Shown here piece by piece: positions 37,174-46,093 of a stretch of DNA of 64,000 bases. The DNA lies in IMG/VR virus record IMGVR_UViG_3300021407_000013, positions 11,146 through 75,145 of that record; one strand, given 5' to 3'. The stretch comes from a virus. A program made the position numbers and the translations under genes. The first letter of the stretch is position 1. Every line of letters begins with the position of its first letter. The notes below the pieces were generated by a model that saw only the letters and a list, made by a program, of their open reading frames with translations, did not search any database and was not told where the DNA came from.

Positions 37174-37449
37174 ATGTACGGTATCATAACATTCGTGGGA
37201 GACTTTCCGGTGGAAGGTCAACCGGAATGGACAACAGAATATCTCTCAATAGTAGAAGCAATTGGTGCTGCCTCAAAGCAGCACCAAGAGCTAAAAGATT
37301 CGGAAAATGATCAACACTATACCGTAGTTTTGGACTTAGATCCTAACGTAGATGATGACGTAAAATGGATCATCTATCAAGACAAGGAAACGGTAGGTGA
37401 AGAAGCGCAAATGCTAGCTGACAAGTTAGCATACGGAGAGGTGCCATGA
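37174..37449 (+). CDS. Acidic hypothetical protein
   Basis: ORF in operon. Confidence 0.55.
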   Translation: MYGIITFVGDFPVEGQPEWTTEYLSIVEAIGAASKQHQELKDSENDQHYTVVLDLDPNVDDDVKWIIYQDKETVGEEAQMLADKLAYGEVP

Positions 37450-37646
37450 AAGAAGACTATGAATACTATCCACACCAGATCGACGAAGATCACTGGGTAG
37501 TATTCAAAGTCAATACATATCATTATAAGGAACCTGAGAAAGTGTATGTAATAAAACGTTGGGGAGGCGAGATGCACTGTGATTGCCCAGCAGGAGGGCG
37601 CTGCAAGCATTTAAGTATGATACAACCAAAGAAAGAACTATTCTGA
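37446..37646 (+). CDS. SWIM zinc-finger protein (ends KKELF)
   Basis: CDCPAGGRCKHL. Confidence 0.65.
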   Translation: MKEDYEYYPHQIDEDHWVVFKVNTYHYKEPEKVYVIKRWGGEMHCDCPAGGRCKHLSMIQPKKELF

Positions 37647-38152
37647 TGCGCAAGTGTGGTGAATGTACTTTATGTTGTAAGCTAGTTCCAGTTAAGGAGA
37701 TTGATAAGCCTGCTAATACACGTTGTAAGCATCAACGTCAAATTAAGGGCTGTCTAGTTTATCATACTAAACAAATGCCATTTTCTTGTCATGTTTGGAA
37801 TTGTCGTTGGCTAGTTAATAATGACACAGCCAATATGGCGCGCCCAGATAGGTCGCATTTCGTCATCGACGTTATGCCTGACTTTGTTATTGCTTTGGAA
37901 GGCGATAAGAAAATCCAAATTCAAGTTGTGCAGATTTGGTGCGACGCTAATTATCGTGATGCTTGGAAGACTCCTAGTATGCACGATTATATGATGCGTC
38001 GTGGTTCAGAAGGCATTGCATCTATGATTCGTTATAGTTCGGATGATGCCATAATTGTTTTTCCGCCTAATATGACACTTGAAAAGCAGTGGATTATTAG
38101 GTCAGGAAATATGAAAGAAAAAGAGGAGCTTTATAAAATTCTGGAGGAGTAA
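37646..38152 (+). CDS. YkgJ-like CxxCxxCC cysteine-cluster protein
   Basis: CGECTLCCK...C.H...GC.VY...P..C..W.C.WL. Confidence 0.7.
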   Translation: MRKCGECTLCCKLVPVKEIDKPANTRCKHQRQIKGCLVYHTKQMPFSCHVWNCRWLVNNDTANMARPDRSHFVIDVMPDFVIALEGDKKIQIQVVQIWCDANYRDAWKTPSMHDYMMRRGSEGIASMIRYSSDDAIIVFPPNMTLEKQWIIRSGNMKEKEELYKILEE

Positions 38153-38155
38153 ACT

Positions 38156-38356
38156 ATGGATGTTAGCGAGCGTGAGAAACGTATTTGGGATATTGCAGAG
38201 AAATTGAATCTTTATATCATTGATTTAGATGAGTGGCCAAATCCTGTATCAGAAGGATATTGCGCCTCATTCAGTTCATTAGACGTAACAGGAAATGGAG
38301 CAACTCCAGAATTAGCTCTTGAAGATTTAATTGTTAAATTGGAACAAAGGGATTAG
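38156..38356 (+). CDS. HicB-like-fold small protein
   Basis: Y.A.F..L...G.G.T.E.AL.DL. Confidence 0.4.
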   Translation: MDVSEREKRIWDIAEKLNLYIIDLDEWPNPVSEGYCASFSSLDVTGNGATPELALEDLIVKLEQRD

Positions 38357-38409
38357 TGGTGTAACCCCTCGCCACTAATAAAACTCTCACAGGGGTCTTG
38401 GAGTACACA

Positions 38410-38799
38410 ATGGAAAGCACTGAGCTTACTTGGCACTTGCCGAGGGTACTTCCCGAGGTGAGTAATCCACGGAGTTTTCTGGATCATGTTCACTCGATCT
38501 TGAAGAAACTGTGGTCAAACGACGAATTTTATCAGTACATCGATGGTGTGACTAACAAGCTGTCGGTTACTGGTAACTTTCTTGTTGATCGAGGGTTTGC
38601 TGCAAGGCAGATTCAAGATGTAGCCAAGGAGGATGGCATTGCTGATGTTGCGACATGCAAATTGTCGAAGATCATGCGTGCCATCGAGACCATCCTGCGC
38701 CGCCCTGAGTATGCCATGGGCAGAAAGGAGCGCCTCGTTAACCTCAAGTTGTTGGAGGCGCAGCAGGCGACGCAAGAAGCTCAAGTTGCTGCTGAGTAA
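38410..38799 (+). CDS. Hypothetical protein with high-expression codon usage
   Basis: Structured leader upstream; 10-bp hairpin at 38814-38839 downstream. Confidence 0.65.
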   Translation: MESTELTWHLPRVLPEVSNPRSFLDHVHSILKKLWSNDEFYQYIDGVTNKLSVTGNFLVDRGFAARQIQDVAKEDGIADVATCKLSKIMRAIETILRRPEYAMGRKERLVNLKLLEAQQATQEAQVAAE

Positions 38800-38859
38800 G
38801 GCGTAGCGTAAACGGGGGCCAGGGTAAAACCTGGCCCCCACCCAACTAGGAGAATAAAA

Positions 38860-39393
38860 ATGGATGTCACTGTTGTGGAAAAGAACACAAACGTGAAGAT
38901 TTATGATGCACTTATATTTATTCAGGCTTATGAGACAGATAAAAATGAACTGCCTACAATAAATCAAATCGCTAAAGCTGTAGGTTGTTCCAAAAGCACA
39001 GCATCAGAAGCATTACATGAAAATAAAAGTTTGCAAGCTGGATTGCTAGGTCCAGTCAAATTAAGCAAAGCACAAGAATATCATATCAATGCGATAATAG
39101 CTAGAAGAAAAAGGGAATTTGAAACAGAATTTAATGAGCGTGTCAGACTAGCTATGTTGGAGCATAACGAAAGTTATAGGGCTGGATTAGAAAAGCTCAA
39201 AATAGAGGCGCAAAAGAAATTTGATCTGTACGAAAAATTGGTTAACAAGCATAAGCCATTATTTACGGAGGCAGAATTTACGATGATTATCACGTGTTTA
39301 CATCCAGATAATGTAGCATCAAAAGAGAAGCGTGACGAAGCATTTAAGCTCGTCAATCTTAACAAACTCGCACTAATGGGAAAGGGAAAGTGA
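38860..39393 (+). CDS. HTH DNA-binding protein
   Basis: PTINQIAKAVGCSKSTASEAL. Confidence 0.65.
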   Translation: MDVTVVEKNTNVKIYDALIFIQAYETDKNELPTINQIAKAVGCSKSTASEALHENKSLQAGLLGPVKLSKAQEYHINAIIARRKREFETEFNERVRLAMLEHNESYRAGLEKLKIEAQKKFDLYEKLVNKHKPLFTEAEFTMIITCLHPDNVASKEKRDEAFKLVNLNKLALMGKGK

Positions 39394-39394
39394 A

Positions 39395-39985
39395 ATGGAA
39401 ACAACCAGATTTTATACAACTGCTGACGGAGTAAAATTTCCGCTATATGAAGCAATGTATGACTATCACTTTACTGTCCATAAAGTTGATTGTGTAAAAG
39501 CCAAAATCGCAGACCCTGAGGGTTGTTTATTGGCTTTAGGTATCAAACATGATAAGAAAGTTTTGGCAGCATATATTGGCAGTGGCAGAGATGCTTATAT
39601 TATCTTCAAGGCCAGACCTGGTGCTCCACATTCTTTTCAACATGTGGCACATGCTGTGCATTTTATGATACCAACTACTTCTGGTAGAGTACGTGACTAT
39701 TTCGATGCCCATGAAGGTAAAGAAATTTTAGCATTGAAACTAACTCCACCTACTGCTACTCAAACAAAAGACGCAAAAGCAACTTATGATAAAGTTCGTG
39801 CTGAAAGAATTAAAAATGGAGAAATTGTACCTGTTCCAAGAAGACAACCTAGAAGTACAAGAATTACCAGATTAGGTGTTCCGCATCGGCCAAAGGCAAT
39901 AATTTCAAGAGAAGGAGTAACTGTTCCTGAAAGAGCAGATACTCTAAGAGACAGTGACATTGTAGACAATGTTATGAATAACTAA
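39395..39985 (+). CDS. Hypothetical protein
   Basis: 196-aa ORF. Confidence 0.6.
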   Translation: METTRFYTTADGVKFPLYEAMYDYHFTVHKVDCVKAKIADPEGCLLALGIKHDKKVLAAYIGSGRDAYIIFKARPGAPHSFQHVAHAVHFMIPTTSGRVRDYFDAHEGKEILALKLTPPTATQTKDAKATYDKVRAERIKNGEIVPVPRRQPRSTRITRLGVPHRPKAIISREGVTVPERADTLRDSDIVDNVMNN

Positions 39986-41220
39986 CCAAATAAATCCTTA
40001 TCAGTTTGAGAGATAGATGTTTTCTGTCTCTCAAGTTCTTCTTTCATTTTGATGTAGTCTTCTTCCCACATGACTTCACCTATCCACGGCGGCTTAAATC
40101 CATTTTCCTTTGCTGCCCAAATAAGACCTCCAAGACTTTTAGTCCCATTTCTAGGAAATTCTGGGCGATGCGATTTCCACTGTCGCATGAAGTAGCCCTG
40201 TCCGCGACCCAATACACCGTATCTGGCGCCGCCAGAAACTGCTTCAAGAAATAGCTCTGTGGCTTCATCTATCGTTAGATTATTTGCCTCGTTTTCATCA
40301 TGTATTGCACCTATTAATGGTAACATTACATGAAGTGTATACCATTCGTTTGTATCTGCCAACCCTTCGTCTCTAATGAACTCTATACATGCCAACGCTT
40401 TCTTATACGCTGTCCACTTAGAATCTTTGCGAGGTATAAATGGTTGTCTCTGCGACTGTGCGCGAGTTGGCGTTATATGTGGCACTATTGATCTCAATAC
40501 ATCAATGCTATATTTACAACAATAATTTTTGGCTATGTATGCTAACGCTACTTGCTGGCCTTTGGTTTGCTTCTCTAGTTTTGGATAATTTACCGTTCCT
40601 GGAAGACGCATCACTCGGTCTACGTTGGACATATTATCAACTTTAACTGGAAGGTGCGCTACCTTGGAGCGCAAGAACGTCTCGAAATCATGCCCAAGAT
40701 TAGTAACGAATGAGCGCATCTTAATGGCCCATTGGTTTTCTTCTTTCTTCTTCTCAGTATCTGCTGGAAGATGTAATCTGATTCCTTCCCTTCTATCAAG
40801 TAGATAGATAAGATGGAAACCACCGCCTGTGTTAATGACTAGCGATGGTTTTAATCCAAGTTCTTTATCTATAAAATCCAAAACTTTTTCTTGATCTCTT
40901 TCAAAAGATGTAAAATCTATATCAAACGCTAAGGCTCTAATGCCTATGATATCATCTATGTTATTTTTGCCACCTTTGCCTTGTCTGTCATAAATATGAC
41001 AAGGTATGTTGACACTATAATATACATTGGATTTGCGAGCTTGGCGCTTCTTGATGTCTGCTATGAGCAAGTCTCTTTGTTGCGCCTCAAAAGTGCGTCC
41101 AGCTTCCCAAACGGGTCCGTTATCAGGCCCTCCGAATGGTGCTTCAGAAGCAATCGTGTGGCGCCCATTAGGTTCTAGGATGTCAAGAAACTGAAGAGCT
41201 TGTTCTATTTTGAGTTCCAT
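39982..41220 (-). CDS. RepB/AEP-like DNA primase
   Basis: VYYSVN, AFDID, TGGGFHLIY and RVMRLPGTVNYP. Confidence 0.75.
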   Translation of the reverse strand: MELKIEQALQFLDILEPNGRHTIASEAPFGGPDNGPVWEAGRTFEAQQRDLLIADIKKRQARKSNVYYSVNIPCHIYDRQGKGGKNNIDDIIGIRALAFDIDFTSFERDQEKVLDFIDKELGLKPSLVINTGGGFHLIYLLDRREGIRLHLPADTEKKKEENQWAIKMRSFVTNLGHDFETFLRSKVAHLPVKVDNMSNVDRVMRLPGTVNYPKLEKQTKGQQVALAYIAKNYCCKYSIDVLRSIVPHITPTRAQSQRQPFIPRKDSKWTAYKKALACIEFIRDEGLADTNEWYTLHVMLPLIGAIHDENEANNLTIDEATELFLEAVSGGARYGVLGRGQGYFMRQWKSHRPEFPRNGTKSLGGLIWAAKENGFKPPWIGEVMWEEDYIKMKEELERQKTSISQTDKDLFG

Positions 41221-41221
41221 T

Positions 41222-41455
41222 TTATTCTCCTTTCTTTACGGATTTGATTTGTATTGATCTTAGGTTCTTGGCTGTTTTAATTGTCTTAGATTGTTGATCG
41301 CTAAATTCTTTATATGATTCAGTAAGTTCCGAAAATTGATGCTTTAACATGATGTAAATTGCATCATATAAACGAATAGTCTCATCGTAATTTTCCTTAG
41401 CTTTCTCCCATCTATTTTTAGCGCGTTCGTATTCATCCGTAAACAGATCTGGCAT
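41222..41455 (-). CDS. Hypothetical coiled-coil protein
   Basis: GGGAG RBS; downstream of a promoter. Confidence 0.55.
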   Translation of the reverse strand: MPDLFTDEYERAKNRWEKAKENYDETIRLYDAIYIMLKHQFSELTESYKEFSDQQSKTIKTAKNLRSIQIKSVKKGE

Positions 41456-41484
41456 AATTTCTATTTCTCCCTATTACTTGCGTA

Positions 41485-41513
41485 AGCATAGCATAAACCG
41501 GAAAAGAAAGCAA
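41485..41513 (-). promoter_or_regulatory. Sigma70-like promoter
   Basis: TTGCTT-N14-TGC-TATGCT. Confidence 0.65.
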
Positions 41514-41564
41514 CACACGAAAATGTTACCTGCTAAATCATCCAAACCCAAGAGGAACGTATAA

Positions 41565-41903
41565 ATGGCGAGCTTCACTTACAAATCCTACAATTTTGTG
41601 GATAAAGATCCTATAATTGATGAAATCCGAACTGTCTATCAAGACAGCGGAGTCAATTATAAATGGATAGAAGATAACAGTGGCGTAGGCGCAAAGACGC
41701 TATCGAATTGGTTTAGCGGCAAGACTAAAAAGCCACAAGCTGCAACTATCAATGCTGTACTTAGATCATTAGGTTACAAGCTAGGCATTGTTGAATATGG
41801 TAAACAAGTTAAAGTATTTCCAATAATGGAACAACCTAAGCCAGTTAAAACATCTGTACGCCATGTCGTGCAGATGAGCAAATACAAAAAGAGACACAAG
41901 TGA
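41565..41903 (+). CDS. XRE-family HTH regulator
   Basis: SGVG.KTLSNWFSGKTKKPQ..T..AV. Confidence 0.7.
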   Translation: MASFTYKSYNFVDKDPIIDEIRTVYQDSGVNYKWIEDNSGVGAKTLSNWFSGKTKKPQAATINAVLRSLGYKLGIVEYGKQVKVFPIMEQPKPVKTSVRHVVQMSKYKKRHK

Positions 41904-42118
41904 ATCCCACGGAGGATACAACCCCAGCAGCGGTCGCGTGACAACCGGCTAGTGATGGACCCTTAGTAAATGGCCTGCAAGCAAGGCTATATTGAACGGG
42001 AGTTTTGGCACTACAAGACATGATTCAGGTCCTCTCGTGGGGTTAGACATTGCCTGTGAAATCATGTAACGTCGCGTATTGAGGCTGTCGCCGGAATGGG
42101 CCGGTGGCAGCCTCTCTT
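41903..42118 (+). ncRNA. Candidate structured ncRNA (about 215 nt, multi-stem with possible pseudoknot)
   Basis: 41903-41916 pairs with 42030-42044; long hairpin 41950-42013; 42018-42029 pairs with 42053-42067; terminal 14-bp hairpin 42081-42114. Confidence 0.55.
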
Positions 42119-42141
42119 ATTACTCAAACAGGAGAAGAAAG

Positions 42142-42567
42142 ATGAAGTACAAAGTAGAGTTTTCAGGTAACGCAGAAATCATGTTTGCTATGATGGCAAA
42201 GCTTTTGCCAGACGAACTTAATGTTCATGTCGAAGAACTGCCTGAACCCAAAGAAGAACATTTCTCTAAAGTGGCGCAACTCGTATCTAATAACCAAAAA
42301 CTAATGGCTCCTCCAAAGATAAAGCCAAAACGTATGGAGCATTATAAACATCCAAGCGGCAAGACTGTTCAAGATTTTGTCATTGAGTTTCTTAAGACCC
42401 GCCCATCAGCAACATGGGCAGAAATGAGCAAATATACTGTAGAGATTGGTTATAATAAAAGCTCAATCAATAATGCAGTAACTAGATTGATGTACAAAAA
42501 GGTTCTTGAGAAGGTGGCACCTGGAGTATATAGACTCACAAAGAAATCACACGATAAACAAGTATAA
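42142..42567 (+). CDS. Winged-helix DNA-binding protein
   Basis: C-terminal SINNAVTRL...LEKV..GVYRL. Confidence 0.6.
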   Translation: MKYKVEFSGNAEIMFAMMAKLLPDELNVHVEELPEPKEEHFSKVAQLVSNNQKLMAPPKIKPKRMEHYKHPSGKTVQDFVIEFLKTRPSATWAEMSKYTVEIGYNKSSINNAVTRLMYKKVLEKVAPGVYRLTKKSHDKQV

Positions 42568-42576
42568 ATTTTTCGT

Positions 42577-42605
42577 TTGCTTTCGTGCCGAAAATGTGCT
42601 ATGCT
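42577..42605 (+). promoter_or_regulatory. Sigma70-like promoter of the replication operon
   Basis: TTGCTT-N14-TGC-TATGCT. Confidence 0.65.
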
Positions 42606-42617
42606 TAACAGTAGAGG

Positions 42618-43772
42618 ATGAATTTGATGTTGCTAGACTGGATATACAAAAAAGATGTCTCAGGTAATACAAGAATATGGCAAGCAGAGGTTGGGGAAGG
42701 AGAATGGGAAGGTTGCTGGAGATCGCATTACGGTACTTTGGGTGGTCAAATAATAACAACAGAATGGACCCAAGTAGAGTTGAAATCACAATCATCTATA
42801 ATGGAGCAAGCTATATTTTATGCCAATGCGGAAATGAAAAAGAAATTGAAAATAGATTATAAGCTCAATATAGCAGATATAAATGAAGCTCGTCAAAGTT
42901 TTATTAAGCCGATGCTTGCCCAAAAATATGTAGGCTGGCAGCGCCCTTGTTTTGCTCAACCTAAGTTAGATGGTGTGCGCTGTTTGGCGAACGTAGATGG
43001 ACTATGGACGCGCACCAATAAACAAATCATTTCTACGCCTCATATCGAAGCAGAATTGAAGGCGTTCTTTGAAGAACATCCGCACATTATTTTGGACGGA
43101 GAATTGTATAATCACGATCTAAGTGATAATTTCAATAAGATAATTTCTTTGGCTAGGAAAACTAAGCCAGAATTTGCTGACCTAGAAGAATCAGCAGAAC
43201 TTATCGAATATTGGATTTACGATATGTTTGATTTAGATAATCCAGAAACTATATATGAAGAAAGATGGGATTATATACATGATAATTTATTCAATATAGA
43301 TCATAATATAAATATGACAAAGGCAGTTCCAACCAAATTTGTTACAACCGAAGATGAATTGGATATATACAATCAAGAACTCTTATTGGCAGGATATGAA
43401 GGGCAAATGGTACGCCACAATGTCGCGTATCAACAGAAGCGCACAGATAAACTTCTCAAGCGCAAAGAGTTCGTTGACGAAGAATATGAGCTTAAGTCGA
43501 TTGAGGAAGGAGCAGGACAGTGGAGCGGCTATGCCAAAATAGCTGTTTGCCAACTACCTGATGGCAGAGAGTTTAGAGCAGGCATTTCTGGAACACAAGA
43601 GTTCACATTACAGCTTTTGGAGGAAAGAGAGCAATATCATTCTGTTACGATTAAGTATCAAGCGTTAACACCGGATGGAATTCCTCGTTTCCCAATCGCT
43701 ATAAAATTTTGGGAAGAAATGTTCGATAGACTAGACGAAGTGATCAAACCAAAACGCGATCTTTTCGCATAG
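42618..43772 (+). CDS. ATP-dependent DNA ligase
   Basis: QPKLDGVRC, LDGELY, EGQMVR, LLKRK and G.PRFP. Confidence 0.92.
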   Translation: MNLMLLDWIYKKDVSGNTRIWQAEVGEGEWEGCWRSHYGTLGGQIITTEWTQVELKSQSSIMEQAIFYANAEMKKKLKIDYKLNIADINEARQSFIKPMLAQKYVGWQRPCFAQPKLDGVRCLANVDGLWTRTNKQIISTPHIEAELKAFFEEHPHIILDGELYNHDLSDNFNKIISLARKTKPEFADLEESAELIEYWIYDMFDLDNPETIYEERWDYIHDNLFNIDHNINMTKAVPTKFVTTEDELDIYNQELLLAGYEGQMVRHNVAYQQKRTDKLLKRKEFVDEEYELKSIEEGAGQWSGYAKIAVCQLPDGREFRAGISGTQEFTLQLLEEREQYHSVTIKYQALTPDGIPRFPIAIKFWEEMFDRLDEVIKPKRDLFA

Positions 43773-43781
43773 GAGCGCCAA

Positions 43782-44600
43782 ATGAACGAAGTGCAAACAA
43801 CACCCCAACGTAGTCTAGCACTAGATGATGAACTCTTGTCACTTGGCGGCATGGGTACTGAGAACGTAAAATCCAAAGACGTTCTTATTCCACGCCTAGT
43901 TATTCTTCAAGCTCTGTCTCCTCAATTGAATAAGAAAAAAGCAGAATATATTGAGGGTGCAGAGATTGGTGATTTCTGCAATGTGGCAACAGGTGACATC
44001 TATAAGGAATCAGTTGTTGTTGTTCCTTGCCATTTTGCGACAGACTATATTGAGTGGACAAAGAACCGTGGTGGTCTAGCGCAGAACTACGGAGATGACG
44101 CAACTATCCTGAAGCAGACTGTTAAGAATGACAAGAACGAAAACATCTTGCCAAATGGAAATAGCGTCCAAGAGACGGCACAGTGGTATTGCCTTCTGCA
44201 AGATGGCGCTTCTTGGTCAAGAATTTTCTTTCCGCTAAAATCAACTAACCTAAAGCACTCACGTAAATGGCTTACGTTGTGTAGAGCTGAAGTAGTGCAA
44301 CTTCCGAATAACGAGCTTTGGAAGCCACCTCTTTTTTGGCGTTCTTGGAAATTGGATATTGTCAGCGATGGCAATGACCAAGGCGACTGGTACACTTTTA
44401 GACCAGTTAAGGGTGAACTCATCATGGATGTCGATCCAAGTAAGCAACTAATTAGACTATGCAAATCATTCCACGAAGATATTCGTACCAATGTTGTTCG
44501 TCCTGATATTGAAACAACTCAGGATGAAAGTCAAGGCCCCATAATTGAAGGGAGGGTTAATCGGAAAACAGATCCAAATGATAAGGATATACCATTCTAA
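43782..44600 (+). CDS. Single-stranded DNA-binding protein
   Basis: D..IPRL.ILQ.LSPQ N-terminus; acidic SSB tail DKDIPF. Confidence 0.7.
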   Translation: MNEVQTTPQRSLALDDELLSLGGMGTENVKSKDVLIPRLVILQALSPQLNKKKAEYIEGAEIGDFCNVATGDIYKESVVVVPCHFATDYIEWTKNRGGLAQNYGDDATILKQTVKNDKNENILPNGNSVQETAQWYCLLQDGASWSRIFFPLKSTNLKHSRKWLTLCRAEVVQLPNNELWKPPLFWRSWKLDIVSDGNDQGDWYTFRPVKGELIMDVDPSKQLIRLCKSFHEDIRTNVVRPDIETTQDESQGPIIEGRVNRKTDPNDKDIPF

Positions 44601-44609
44601 GGAGAAGAC

Positions 44610-45059
44610 ATGAGCTTTATTGAAAACGATCCGCATGATCCACATGGCGCAACTCGTGCTATTGAAGAGAAATTGCGTGAAGATGTTAGGCCAAGGTTGT
44701 TGAGGCCAGTAATGCCTCGACAACCGGAACCTGAACCGGAACCTGTTGTGGAACAAACTCCATTGCCAGAACCAGTTAAAATAGATCATACATTAATTCC
44801 TATCGACGCACTTGAAGAAGTGAGTCGGGCTCTTATGTATGGAAGAGAAAAGCATGGCGCTTGGGGTTGGGTTGAAAATCCAAAGACCTATACTGAGCTG
44901 TTAGCTAAAACGCAGCGCCACATCTTCGAGTTTCAACGCGGAGTAACGGTTGATCCTACTACGCAGTTGTCACATATAGCTTGCGCTATTTGTGACCTCA
45001 TGTTCCTACAGTCCAATATCTTAAAGGGACGTGGAACAGACGACAGATTGAAGAGTTAA
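44610..45059 (+). CDS. dATP/dGTP diphosphohydrolase-like protein (DUF5664)
   Basis: LIP..ALEEV.R...YG..K.G..W...RH....DP.T.L.H...A.C...FL. Confidence 0.7.
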   Translation: MSFIENDPHDPHGATRAIEEKLREDVRPRLLRPVMPRQPEPEPEPVVEQTPLPEPVKIDHTLIPIDALEEVSRALMYGREKHGAWGWVENPKTYTELLAKTQRHIFEFQRGVTVDPTTQLSHIACAICDLMFLQSNILKGRGTDDRLKS

Positions 45060-45257
45060 TAGCTTGGCGCGATCCAGCACAGAGCTTGGGTACAATGGCT
45101 TTTCCATCGAAGCTAATATCTGATGGTGCATGTGATGGCATCCCTGATGACGCGCCAATTTAGACCCTGGGCAAAGGGAAGGTTCAAGTGGTCCGGTAGA
45201 AGTCCGGTGAAAGGCCCTGCATCGAGCCCCGCCACATTTATTGAAAAGGAAGAAGTT

Positions 45258-45533
45258 GTGGACGCTAGAGAATTTGATTGTATAGATTGCAATTCCCATG
45301 TTTATACTTGGTCAGATGACACAAGAGAACGCTGTGCCGTTTGCACATGGATTCATAATTTGCCAGATTTAACACAGGCAGAAATTGACGAAATACGTGT
45401 ATTGACTGCCACTCCTATACTTCAAAAATATAGGGATGATAGTTTCCCAGAAAGAAATTGTGACTACTGCGGGAACCTATACAAAGGTCCAGCAGTTTAT
45501 TGCAGTCATGTATGTGCTCTGAAGGACGCATAA
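45258..45533 (+). CDS. Zinc-finger protein
   Basis: CIDC..CAVC..CDYC..YCS..C; GTG start after an RBS. Confidence 0.55.
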   Translation: MDAREFDCIDCNSHVYTWSDDTRERCAVCTWIHNLPDLTQAEIDEIRVLTATPILQKYRDDSFPERNCDYCGNLYKGPAVYCSHVCALKDA

Positions 45534-45534
45534 G

Positions 45535-46089
45535 ATGAATGAAGATGTCCGTGATATGTTTGGTTTTGTAGCGCCATCGCAAGAGCAATTGACGTCCATA
45601 TCGAAATGGGCGAGCAAGGCTTTAGAGCTACAAGCTGAGATTGAGCAAGTTGAGGCGCACCTAAAAGAATTGAATAGAGAATTAGCTCAAATCGAAGAAG
45701 TCGATTTACCCAGAGCTATGATGTCTGCTGGCTCCGAAGAATTTACTATGACCGGAGGCGGTAAGATTTCAATAGACGATGTTATCCAGGGCAGTCTCGC
45801 TAAAGGTGAAGAAAAGCGGGAATATGCGATCCAGTGGGTGGCAGAAAATGACGGCCAAGAAATTATAAAAAGGCATTTCGAGATAGACTACACCAGAGGT
45901 CAACATAGCTACGCTATGGCTTTGCGTAAACTGCTAGAAGAAAATCAAGTACACTTCGACGAATTTGAGAGTATTCATACAAGTACCTTCAAAGCATTCT
46001 TACGTGAGAAGTTGCGTAAGAATATCATGCCTCCGTTTGATAAGATGGGCTTTAGGTTCTTCAAAAAAGCCATCATTAAGCCGAAGTAA
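45535..46089 (+). CDS. Conserved phage replication-module protein
   Basis: Coiled coil, LP..M, IH..T.KAF.RE motif. Confidence 0.65.
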   Translation: MNEDVRDMFGFVAPSQEQLTSISKWASKALELQAEIEQVEAHLKELNRELAQIEEVDLPRAMMSAGSEEFTMTGGGKISIDDVIQGSLAKGEEKREYAIQWVAENDGQEIIKRHFEIDYTRGQHSYAMALRKLLEENQVHFDEFESIHTSTFKAFLREKLRKNIMPPFDKMGFRFFKKAIIKPK

Positions 46090-46093
46090 GAAC

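Noticed and set aside
38352-38396. preQ1-I riboswitch or pistol ribozyme
   Set aside because: Loop and tail nucleotides do not match preQ1-I, and pistol P3 and its cleavage site are absent; kept only as an unassigned structure
44610-45059. dZ (2-aminoadenine) genome
   Set aside because: A DUF5664-like gene is present, but no PurZ or DatZ is visible in this window
45064-45158. CTGATGA next to a closing helix as a hammerhead
   Set aside because: The partner strand is followed by ATCC, not GAAA
45176-45234. tRNA-like element ending in CCA
   Set aside because: No cloverleaf, anticodon arm or correctly placed T-arm
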